Of a stretch of DNA of 64,000 nucleotides, positions 1 to 12,900 are shown piece by piece. Made by a program: the position numbers and the translations under genes. A model generated the notes under the pieces. That model did not search any database and was not told the origin of the DNA. It saw nothing but the letters and a program-made list of their open reading frames with translations. Location of the stretch: positions 4,898,001 to 4,962,000 of the forward strand of contig OZ059896.1 in the NCBI GenBank assembly GCA_964057225.1, read 5' to 3'. Every line of letters starts with the position of its first letter. Position 1 is the first letter of the stretch. This stretch comes from Auanema rhodensis (lineage: Eukaryota; Animalia; Nematoda).

Positions 1-3000
1 TAATTAGCATAAATTAAAGTTCACGTAAATTTCAAACTCATGGTTACCATGAACCAATATCAATAAAAATTTGTTTTTAGACTAATATGGACATGGAGAA
101 TCTAATTATGAAAACCGCATCTCTTTATCTTTCACGTGAAGCGAGTTACATACCAAGTGCACATCACGTGTACATTTAATTAGCATAAATTAAAGTTCAC
201 GTAAATTTCAAAGTCATGGTTACCATGCACCAATATCAATAAAATTTTGTTTTTAGACTAATATGGACATGGGGAATCTAATTTTGAAAACCGCATCTCT
301 TTATTCTTCACGTGAAGCGAGTTACATACCAAGTGCACATCACGTGTACATTTAATTAGCATAAATTAAAGTTCACGTAAATTTCAAAGTCATGGTTACC
401 ATGCACCAATATCAATGAAATTTTGTTTTTAGACTAATATGGACATGGGGAATCTAATTTTGAAAACCGCATCTCTTTATCTTTCACGTGAAGCGAGTTA
501 CATACCAAGTGCACATCACGTGTACATTTAATTAGCATAAATTAAAGTTCACGTAAACTTCAAACTCATGGTTACCATACACCAATATCAATAAAAATTT
601 GTTTTTAGAGTAATATGGACATGGAGAATCTATTTTTAAAAACCGCATCTCTTTATCTTTCACGTGAATCGAGTTACATACCAAGTGCACATCACGTGTA
701 CATTTAATTAGCATAAATTAAAGTTCACGTAAATTTCAAACTCATGGTTACCATGCACCAATATCAATAAAAATTTGTTTTTAGACTAATATGGACATGG
801 AGAATCTAATTTTGAAAACCGCATCTCTTTATCTTTCACGTGAAGCGAGTTACATACCAAGTGCACATCACGTGTACATTTAATTAGCATAAATTAAAGT
901 TCACGTAAATTTCAAACTCATGGTTACCATGCACCAATATCAATACAATTTTGTTTTTAGACTAATATGGACATGGGGAATCTAATTTTGAAAACCGCAT
1001 CTCTTTATCTTTCACGTGCGAGTTACATACCAAGTGCACATCACGTGTACATTTAATTAGCATAAATTAAAGTTCACTTAAATTTCAAAGTCATGGTTAC
1101 CATGCACCAATATCAATAAAAATTTGTTTTTAGACTAATATGGACATGGGGAATCTAATTTTCAAAACCGCATCTCTTTATCTTTCACGTGAAGCGAGTT
1201 ACATACCAAGTGCACATCACGTGTACATTTAATTAGCATAAATTAAAGTTCACTTAAATTTGAAAGTCATGGTTACCATGCAGCAATATCAATAAAATTT
1301 TGTTTTTAGACTAATATGGACATGGGGAATCTAATTTTGAAAACCGCATCTCTTTATCTTTCACGTGAAGCGAGTTACATACCAAGTGCACATCCCGTGT
1401 ACATTTAATTAGCATAAATTAAAGTTCACGTAAATTTCAAACTCATGGTTACCATGCACCAATATCAATAAAAATTTGTTTTTAGACTAATATGGACATG
1501 GGGAATCTATATTTGAAAAACGCATCTCTTTATCTTTCACGTGAAGCGAGTTACATACCAAGTGCACATCACGTGTACATTTAATTAGCATAAATCAAAG
1601 TTCACGTAAATTTCAAAGTCATGGTTACCATGCACCAATATCAATAAAATTTTGTTTTTAGACTAATATGGACATGGGGAATCTAATTATGAAAACCGCA
1701 TCTCTTTATCTTTCACGTGAAGCGAGTTACATACCAAGTGCACATCACGTGTACATTTAATTAGCATAAATTAAAGTTCACGTAAATTTCAAAGTCATGG
1801 TTACCATGCACCAATATCAATAAAATTTTGTTTTTAGACTAATATGGACATGGGGAATCTAATTTTGAAAACCGCATCTCTTTATTTTTCACGTGAAGCG
1901 AGTTACATACCAAGTGCACATCACGTGTACATTTAATTAGCATAAATTAAAGTTCACGTAAATTTCAAACTCATGGTTACCATACACCAATATCAATAAA
2001 AATTTGTTTTTAGACTAATATGGACATGGAGAATCTAATTTTAAAAACCGCATCTCTTTATCTTTCACGTGAAGCGAGTTACATACCAAGTGCACATCAC
2101 GTGTACATTTAATTAGCATAAATTAAAGTTCACGTAAATTTCAAAGTCATGGTTACCATGCACCAATATCAATAAAATTTTGTTTTTAGACTAATATGGA
2201 CATGGGGAATCTAATTTTGAAAACCGCATCTCTTTATCTTTCACGTGAAGCGAGTTACATACCAAGTGCACATCACGTGTACATTTAATTAGCATAAATT
2301 AAAGTTCACGTAAATTTCAAACTCATGGTTACCATGCACCAATATCAATAAAAATTTGTTTTTAGACTAATATGGACATGGAGAATCTAATTTTGAAAAC
2401 CGCATCTCTTTATCTTTCACGTGAAGCGAGTTACATACCAAGTGCACATCACGTGTACATTTAATTAGCATAAATTAAAGTTCACGTAAATTTCAAACTC
2501 ATGGTTACCATGCACCAATATCAATAAAAATTTGTTTTTAGAGTAATATGGACATGGAGAATCTATTTTTAAAAACCGCATCTCTTTATCTTTCACGTGA
2601 AGCGAGTTACATACCAAGTGCACATCACGTGTACATTTAATTAGCATAAATTAAAGTTCACGTAAATTTCAAAGTCATGGTTACCATGCACCAATATCAA
2701 TAAAATTTTGTTTTTAGACTAATATGGACATGGGGAATCTAATTTTCAAAACCGCATCTCTTTATCTTTCACGTGAAGCGAGTTACATACCAAGTGCACA
2801 TCACGTGTACATTTAATTAGCATACATTAAAGTTCACTTAAATTTGAAAGTCATGGTTACCATGCAGCAATATCAATAAAAATTTGTTTTTAGACTAATA
2901 TGGACATGGGGAATCTATATTTGAAAAACGCATCTCTTTATCTTTCACGTGAAGCGAGTTACATACCAAGTGCACATCACGTGTACATTTAATTAGCATA

Positions 3001-6000
3001 AATTAAAGTTCACGTAAATTTCAAAGTCATGGTTACCATGCACCAATATCAATAAAATTTTGTTTTTAGACTAATATGGACATGGGGAATCTAATTTTGA
3101 AAACCGCATCTCTTTATCTTTCACGTGAAGCGAGTTACATACCAAGTGCACATCACGTGTACATTTAATTAGCATAAATTAAAGTTCACGTAAATTTCAA
3201 ACTCATGGTTACCATGCACCAATATCAATAAAAATTTGTTTTTAGACTAATATGGACATGGAGAATCTAATTTTGAAAACCGCATCTCTTTATCTTTCAC
3301 GTGAAGCGAGTTACATACCAAGTGCACATCACGTGTACATTTAATTAGCATAAATTAAAGTTCACGTAAATTTCAAACTCATGGTTACCATGCACCAATA
3401 TCAATAAAAATTTGTTTTTAGAGTAATATGGACATGGAGAATCTATTTTTAAAAACCGCATCTCTTTATCTTTCACGTGAAGCGAGTTACATACCAAGTG
3501 CACATCACGTGTACATTTAATTAGCATAAATTAAAGTTCACGTAAATTTCAAACTCATGGTTACCATGCACCAATATCAATAAAATTTTGTTTTTAGACT
3601 AATATGGACATGGGGAATCTAATTTTGAAAACCGCATCTCTTTATCTTTCACGTGAAGCGAGTTACATACCAAGTGCACATCCCGTGTACATTTAATTAG
3701 CATAAATTAAAGTTCACGTAAATTTCAAACTCATGGTTACCATGCACCAATATCAATAAAAATTTGTTTTTAGACTAATATGGACATGGGGAATCTAATT
3801 TTGAAAAACGCATCTCATTATCTTTCACGTGAAGCGAGTTACATACCAAGTGCACATCACGTGTACATTTAATTAGCATAAATTAAAGTTCACGTAAATT
3901 TCAAAGTCATGGTTACCATGCACCAATATCAATAAAATTTTGTTTTTAGACTAATATGGACATGGGGAATCTAATTTTGAGAACCGCATCTCTTTATTTT
4001 TCACGTGAAGCGAGTTACATACCAAGTGCACATCACGTGTACATTTAATTAGCATAAATTAAAGTTCACGTAAATTTCAAACTCATGGTTACCATGCACC
4101 AATATCAATAAAAATTTGTTTTTAGACTAATATGGACATGGAGAATCTAATTTTAAAAACCGCATCTCTTTATCTTTCACGTGAAGCGAGTTACATACCA
4201 AGTGCACATCACGTGTACATTTAATTAGCATAAATTAAAGTTCACGTAAATTTCAAACTCATGGTTACCATGCACCAATATCAATAAAATTTTGTTTTTA
4301 GACTAATATGGACATGGGGAATCTAATTTTGAAAACCGCATCTCTTTATCTTTCACGTGAAGCGAGTTACATACCAAGTGCACATCACGTGTACATTTAA
4401 TTAGCATAAATTAAAGTTCACGTAAATTTCAAACTCATGGTTACCATGCACCAATATCAATAAAAATTTGTTTTTAGACTAATATGGACATGGAGAATCT
4501 AATTTTAAAAACCGCATCTCTTTATCTTTCACGTGAAGCGAGTTACATACCAAGTGCACATCACGTGTACATTTAATTAGCATAAATTAAAGTTCACGTA
4601 AATTTCAAACTCATGGTTACCATGCACCAATATCAATAAAAATTTGTTTTTAGACTAATATGGACATGGAGAATCTATTTTTAAAAACCGCATCTCTTTA
4701 TCTTTCACGTGAAGCGAGTTACATACCAAGTGCACATCACGTGTACATTTAATTAGCATAAATTAAAGTTCACGTAAATTTCAAACTCATGGTTACCATG
4801 CACCAATATCAATAAAAATTTGTTTTTAGACTAATATGGACATGGAGAATCTAATTTTAAAAACCGCATCTCTTTATCTTTCACGTGAAGCGAGTTACAT
4901 ACCAAGTGCACATCACGTGTACATTTAATTAGCATAAATTAAAGTTCACGTAAATTTCAAACTCATGGTTACCATGCACCAATATCAATAAAATTTTGTT
5001 TTTAGACTAATATGGACATGGGGAATCTAATTTTGAAAACCGCATCTCTTTATCTTTCACGTGAAGCGAGTTACATACCAAGTGCACATCACGTGTACAT
5101 TTAATTAGCATAAATTAAAGTTCACGTAAATTTCAAACTCATGGTTACCATGCACCAATATCAATAAAAATTTGTTTTTAGACTAATATGGACATGGAGA
5201 ATCTAATTTTAAAAACCGCATCTCTTTATCTTTCACGTGAAGCGAGTTACATACCAAGTGCACATCACGTGTACATTTAATTAGCATAAATTAAAGTTCA
5301 CGTAAATTTCAAACTCATGGTTACCATGCACCAATATCAATAAAAATTTGTTTTTAGACTAATATGGACATGGAGAATCTATTTTTAAAAACCGCATCTC
5401 TTTATCTTTCACGTGAAGCGAGTTACATACCAAGTGCACATCACGTGTACATTTAATTAGCATAAATTAAAGTTCACGTAAATTTCAAACTCATGGTTAC
5501 CATGCACCAATATCAATAAAAATTTGTTTTTAGACTAATATGGACATGGAGAATCTAATTTTGAAAACCGCATCTCTTTATCTTTCACGTGAAGCGAGTT
5601 ACATACCAAGTGCACATCACGTGTACATTTAATTAGCATAAATTAAAGTTCACGTAAATTTCAAAGTCATGGTTACCATGCACCAATATCAATAAAATTT
5701 TGTTTTTAGACTAATATGGACATGAGGAATCTAATTTTGAAAACCGCATCTCTTTATCTTTCACGTGAAGCGAGTTACATACTAAGTGCACATCACATGT
5801 ACATTTAATTAGCATAAATTAAAGTTCACGTAAATTTCAAACTCATGGTTACCATGCACCAATATCAATAAAAATTTGTTTTTAGACTAATATGGACATG
5901 GAGAATCTAATTTTGAAAACCGCATCTCTTTATCTTTCACGTGAAGCGAGTTACATACCAAGTGCACATCACGTGTACATTTAATTAGCATAAATTAAAG

Positions 6001-9000
6001 TTCACGTAAATTTCAAACTCATGGTTACCATGCACCAATATCAATAAAAATTTGTTTTTAGACTAATATGGACATGGAGAATCTATTTTTAAAAACCGCA
6101 TCTCTTTATCTTTCACGTGAAGCGAGTTACATACCAAGTGCACATCACGTGTACATTTAATTAGCATAAATTAAAGTTCACGTAAATTTCAAACTCATGG
6201 TTACCATGCACCAATATCAATAAAAATTTGTTTTTAGACTAATATGGACATGGGGAATCTAATTTTGAAAACCGCATCTCTTTATCTTCCACGTGAAGCG
6301 AGTTACATACCAAGTGCACATCAAGTGTACATTTAATTAGCATAAATTAAAGTTCACGTAATTTTCAAAGTCATGGTTACCATGCACCAATATCAATAAA
6401 ATTTTGTTTTTAGACTAATATGGACATGGGGAATCTAATTTTGAAAACCGCATCTCTTTATCTTCCACGTGAAGCGAGTTACATACCAAGTGCACATCAA
6501 GTGTACATTTAATTAGCATAAATTAAAGTTCACGTAAATTTCAAAGTCATGGTTACCATGCACCAATATCAATAAAATTTTGTTTTTAGACTAATATGGA
6601 CATGGGGAATCTAATTTTGAAAACCGCATCTCTTTATCTTTCACGTGAAGCGAGTTACATACCAAGTGCACATCACGTGTACATTTAATTAGCATAAATT
6701 AAAGTTCACGTAAATTTCAAACTCATGGTTACCATGCACCAATATCAATAAAAAATTGTTTTTAGACTAATATGGACATGGAGAATCTAATTTTGAAAAC
6801 CGCATCTCTTTATCTTTCACGTGAAGCGAGTTACATACCAAGTGCACATCACGTGTACATTTAATTAGCATAAATTAAAGTTCACGTAAATTTCAAACTC
6901 ATGGTTACCATGCACCAATATCAATAAAAATTTGTTTTTAGACTAATATGGACATGGAGAATCTATTTTTAAAAACCGCATCTCTTTATCTTTCACGTGA
7001 AGCGAGTTACATACCAAGTGCACATCACGTGTACATTTAATTAGCATAAATTAAAGTTCACGTAAATTTCAAACTCATGGTTACCATGCACCAATATCAA
7101 TAAAAATTTGTTTTTAGACTAATATGGACATGGGGAATCTAATTTTGAAAACCGCATCTCTTATCTTCCACGTGAAGCGAGTTACATATCAAGTGCACAT
7201 CACGTGTACATTTAATTAGCATAAATTAAAGTTCACGTAATTTTCAAAGTCATGGTTACCATGAACCAATATCAATGAATATTTGTTTTTTGACTAATAT
7301 GGACATGGGGAATCTAATTTTGAAAACCGCATCTATTTATCTTTCACGCGAAGCGAGTTACATACCAAGTGCACATCACGTGTACATTTAATTAGCATAA
7401 AGTAAAGTTCACGTAAATTTCAAACTCATGGTTACCATGCACCAATATCAATAAAAATTTGTTTTTAGACTAATATGGACATGGAGAATCTAATTTTGAA
7501 AACCGCATCTCTTTATCTTTCACGTGAAGCGAGTTACATACCAAGTGCACATCACGTGTACTTTTAATTAGCATAAATTAAAGTTCACGTAAATTTCAAA
7601 CTCATGGTTACCATGCACCAATATCAATAAAAATTTGTTTTTAGACTAATATGGACATGGGGAATCTAATTTTGAGAACCGCATCTCTTATCTTCCACGT
7701 GAAGCGAGTTACATACCAAGTGCACATCACGTGTACATTTAATTAGCATAAATTAAAGTTCACGTAAATTTCAAAGTCATGGTTACCATGCACCAATATC
7801 AATAAAATTTTGTTTTTAGACTAATATGGACATGGAGAATCTAATTTTAAAAACCGCATCTCTTTATCTTTCACGTGAAGCGAGTTACATACCAAGTGCA
7901 CATCACGTGTACATTTAATTAGCATAAATTAAAGTTCACGTAAATTTCAAACTCATGGTTACCATGCACCAATATCAATAAAATTTTGTTTTTAGACTAA
8001 TATGGACATGGGGAATCTAATTTTGAAAACCGCATCTCTTTATCTTTCACGTGAAGCGAGTTACATACCAAGTGCACATCACGTGTACATTTAATTAGCA
8101 TAAATTAAAGTTCACGTAAATTTCAAACTCATGGTTACCATGCACCAATATCAATAAAAATTTGTTTTTAGACTAATATGGACATGGAGAATCTAATTTT
8201 AAAAACCGCATCTCTTTATCTTTCACGTGAAGCGAGTTACATACCAAGTGCACATCACGTGTACATTTAATTAGCATAAATTAAAGTTCACGTAAATTTC
8301 AAACTCATGGTTACCATGCACCAATATCAATAAAAATTTGTTTTTAGACTAATATGGACATGGAGAATCTATTTTTAAAAACCGCATCTCTTTATCTTTC
8401 ACGTGAAGCGAGTTACATACCAAGTGCACATCACGTGTACATTTAATTAGCATAAATTAAAGTTCACGTAAATTTCAAACTCATGGTTACCATGCACCAA
8501 TATCAATAAAAATTTGTTTTTAGACTAATATGGACATGGAGAATCTAATTTTAAAAACCGCATCTCTTTATCTTTCACGTGAAGCGAGTTACATACCAAG
8601 TGCACATCACGTGTACATTTAATTAGCATAAATTAAAGTTCACGTAAATTTCAAACTCATGGTTACCATGCACCAATATCAATAAAATTTTGTTTTTAGA
8701 CTAATATGGACATGGGGAATCTAATTTTGAAAACCGCATCTCTTTATCTTTCACGTGAAGCGAGTTACATACCAAGTGCACATCACGTGTACATTTAATT
8801 AGCATAAATTAAAGTTCACGTAAATTTCAAACTCATGGTTACCATGCACCAATATCAATAAAAATTTGTTTTTAGACTAATATGGACATGGAGAATCTAA
8901 TTTTAAAAACCGCATCTCTTTATCTTTCACGTGAAGCGAGTTACATACCAAGTGCACATCACGTGTACATTTAATTAGCATAAATTAAAGTTCACGTAAA

Positions 9001-9899
9001 TTTCAAACTCATGGTTACCATGCACCAATATCAATAAAAATTTGTTTTTAGACTAATATGGACATGGAGAATCTATTTTTAAAACCCGCATCTCTTTATC
9101 TTTCACGTGAAGCAAGTTACATACCAAGTGCACATCACGTGTACATTTAATTAGCATAAATTAAAGTTCACGTAAATTTCAAACTCATGGTTACCATGCA
9201 CCAATATCAATAAAAATTTGTTTTTAGACTAATATGGACATGGAGAATCTAATTTTGAAAACCGCATCTCTTTATCTTTCACGTGAAGCGAGTTACATAC
9301 CAAGTGCACATCACGTGTACATTTAATTAGCATAAATTAAAGTTCACGTAAATTTCAAAGTCATGGTTACCATGCACCAATATCAATAAAATTTTGTTTT
9401 TAGACTAATATGGACATGAGGAATCTAATTTTGAAAACCGCATCTCTTTATCTTTCACGTGAAGCGAGTTACATACTAAGTGCACATCACATGTACATTT
9501 AATTAGCATAAATTAAAGTTCACGTAAATTTCAAACTCATGGTTACCATGCACCAATATCAATAAAAATTTGTTTTTAGACTAATATGGACATGGAGAAT
9601 CTAATTTTGAAAACCGCATCTCTTTATCTTTCACGTGAAGCGAGTTACATACCAAGTGCACATCACGTGTACATTTAATTAGCATAAATTAAAGTTCACG
9701 TAAATTTCAAACTCATGGTTACCATGCACCAATATCAATAAAAATTTGTTTTTAGACTAATATGGACATGGAGAATCTATTTTTAAAAACCGCATCTCTT
9801 TATCTTTCACGTGAAGCGAGTTACATACCAAGTGCACATCACGTGTACATTTAATTAGCATAAATTAAAGTTCACGTAAATTTCAAACTCATGGTTACC
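1..9899 (+). repeat. Satellite block 1, forward orientation (~56 monomers, subfamily A)
   Basis: Monomers read TAATTAGCAT...GTGTACATT on the + strand up to ...CTCATGGTTACC at 9899. Confidence 0.98.
4050..9899 (+). repeat. 21-monomer duplication (3694-bp period) containing a nested 4-mer (704 bp) duplication; mirrored at ~9900-16150
   Basis: CATGAGG variant at 5725 and 9419 (difference 3694 = 21x176-2, from two 1-bp deletions near 7160 and 7690); mirror copies at 10828 and 14522. A four-monomer variant pattern occurs twice at ~4050-5455 and again at ~7740-9150. Confidence 0.85.
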
Positions 9900-9910
9900 T
9901 CGCTTCACGT
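9890..9910. other. Orientation-switch junction J1 (forward to inverted)
   Basis: CATGGTTAC[C]TCGCTTCACGT: forward monomer position 47/48 is joined to the reverse complement of position 145/144. One C is shared (9899) and there are no inserted bases. Confidence 0.97.
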
Positions 9911-12900
9911 GAAAGATAAAGAGATGCGGTTTTCAAAATTAGATTCCCCATGTCCATATTAGTCTAAAAACAAAATTTTATTGATATTGGTGCATGGTAA
10001 CCATGACTTTGAAATTTACGTGAACTTTAATTTATGCTAATTAAATGTACACTTGATGTGCACTTGGTATGTAACTCGCTTCACGTGGAAGATAAAGAGA
10101 TGCGGTTTTCAAAATTAGATTCCCCATGTCCATATTAGTCTAAAAACAAAATTTTATTGATATTGGTGCATGGTAACCATGACTTTGAAAATTACGTGAA
10201 CTTTAATTTATGCTAATTAAATGTACACTTGATGTGCACTTGGTATGTAACTCGCTTCACGTGGAAGATAAAGAGATGCGGTTTTCAAAATTAGATTCCC
10301 CATGTCCATATTAGTCTAAAAACAAATTTTTATTGATATTGGTGCATGGTAACCATGAGTTTGAAATTTACGTGAACTTTAATTTATGCTAATTAAATGT
10401 ACACGTGATGTGCACTTGGTATGTAACTCGCTTCACGTGAAAGATAAAGAGATGCGGTTTTTAAAAATAGATTCTCCATGTCCATATTAGTCTAAAAACA
10501 AATTTTTATTGATATTGGTGCATGGTAACCATGAGTTTGAAATTTACGTGAACTTTAATTTATGCTAATTAAATGTACACGTGATGTGCACTTGGTATGT
10601 AACTCGCTTCACGTGAAAGATAAAGAGATGCGGTTTTCAAAATTAGATTCTCCATGTCCATATTAGTCTAAAAACAAATTTTTATTGATATTGGTGCATG
10701 GTAACCATGAGTTTGAAATTTACGTGAACTTTAATTTATGCTAATTAAATGTACATGTGATGTGCACTTAGTATGTAACTCGCTTCACGTGAAAGATAAA
10801 GAGATGCGGTTTTCAAAATTAGATTCCTCATGTCCATATTAGTCTAAAAACAAAATTTTATTGATATTGGTGCATGGTAACCATGACTTTGAAATTTACG
10901 TGAACTTTAATTTATGCTAATTAAATGTACACGTGATGTGCACTTGGTATGTAACTCGCTTCACGTGAAAGATAAAGAGATGCGGTTTTCAAAATTAGAT
11001 TCTCCATGTCCATATTAGTCTAAAAACAAATTTTTATTGATATTGGTGCATGGTAACCATGAGTTTGAAATTTACGTGAACTTTAATTTATGCTAATTAA
11101 ATGTACACGTGATGTGCACTTGGTATGTAACTCGCTTCACGTGAAAGATAAAGAGATGCGGTTTTTAAAAATAGATTCTCCATGTCCATATTAGTCTAAA
11201 AACAAATTTTTATTGATATTGGTGCATGGTAACCATGAGTTTGAAATTTACGTGAACTTTAATTTATGCTAATTAAATGTACACGTGATGTGCACTTGGT
11301 ATGTAACTCGCTTCACGTGAAAGATAAAGAGATGCGGTTTTTAAAATTAGATTCTCCATGTCCATATTAGTCTAAAAACAAATTTTTATTGATATTGGTG
11401 CATGGTAACCATGAGTTTGAAATTTACGTGAACTTTAATTTATGCTAATTAAATGTACACGTGATGTGCACTTGGTATGTAACTCGCTTCACGTGAAAGA
11501 TAAAGAGATGCGGTTTTCAAAATTAGATTCCCCATGTCCATATTAGTCTAAAAACAAAATTTTATTGATATTGGTGCATGGTAACCATGAGTTTGAAATT
11601 TACGTGAACTTTAATTTATGCTAATTAAATGTACACGTGATGTGCACTTGGTATGTAACTCGCTTCACGTGAAAGATAAAGAGATGCGGTTTTTAAAATT
11701 AGATTCTCCATGTCCATATTAGTCTAAAAACAAATTTTTATTGATATTGGTGCATGGTAACCATGAGTTTGAAATTTACGTGAACTTTAATTTATGCTAA
11801 TTAAATGTACACGTGATGTGCACTTGGTATGTAACTCGCTTCACGTGAAAGATAAAGAGATGCGGTTTTTAAAAATAGATTCTCCATGTCCATATTAGTC
11901 TAAAAACAAATTTTTATTGATATTGGTGCATGGTAACCATGAGTTTGAAATTTACGTGAACTTTAATTTATGCTAATTAAATGTACACGTGATGTGCACT
12001 TGGTATGTAACTCGCTTCACGTGAAAGATAAAGAGATGCGGTTTTTAAAATTAGATTCTCCATGTCCATATTAGTCTAAAAACAAATTTTTATTGATATT
12101 GGTGCATGGTAACCATGAGTTTGAAATTTACGTGAACTTTAATTTATGCTAATTAAATGTACACGTGATGTGCACTTGGTATGTAACTCGCTTCACGTGA
12201 AAGATAAAGAGATGCGGTTTTCAAAATTAGATTCCCCATGTCCATATTAGTCTAAAAACAAAATTTTATTGATATTGGTGCATGGTAACCATGAGTTTGA
12301 AATTTACGTGAACTTTAATTTATGCTAATTAAATGTACACGTGATGTGCACTTGGTATGTAACTCGCTTCACGTGAAAGATAAAGAGATGCGGTTTTTAA
12401 AATTAGATTCTCCATGTCCATATTAGTCTAAAAACAAAATTTTATTGATATTGGTGCATGGTAACCATGACTTTGAAATTTACGTGAACTTTAATTTATG
12501 CTAATTAAATGTACACGTGATGTGCACTTGGTATGTAACTCGCTTCACGTGGAAGATAAGAGATGCGGTTCTCAAAATTAGATTCCCCATGTCCATATTA
12601 GTCTAAAAACAAATTTTTATTGATATTGGTGCATGGTAACCATGAGTTTGAAATTTACGTGAACTTTAATTTATGCTAATTAAAAGTACACGTGATGTGC
12701 ACTTGGTATGTAACTCGCTTCACGTGAAAGATAAAGAGATGCGGTTTTCAAAATTAGATTCTCCATGTCCATATTAGTCTAAAAACAAATTTTTATTGAT
12801 ATTGGTGCATGGTAACCATGAGTTTGAAATTTACGTGAACTTTACTTTATGCTAATTAAATGTACACGTGATGTGCACTTGGTATGTAACTCGCTTCGCG

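Noticed and set aside
1-176. Canonical CENP-B box (TTCGNNNNANNCGGG)
   Set aside because: No match on either strand. The nearest, CTCGCTTCACGTGAA, lacks both the TTCG and CGGG cores.
1-176. Assignment to known ~171-178-bp satellites (Brassica CentBr, Arabidopsis CEN178, alpha satellite, honeybee AluI)
   Set aside because: Only the length is similar. I recognise no sequence similarity, and the consensus has no HindIII or AluI site. A BLAST, Dfam or Repbase search is needed.
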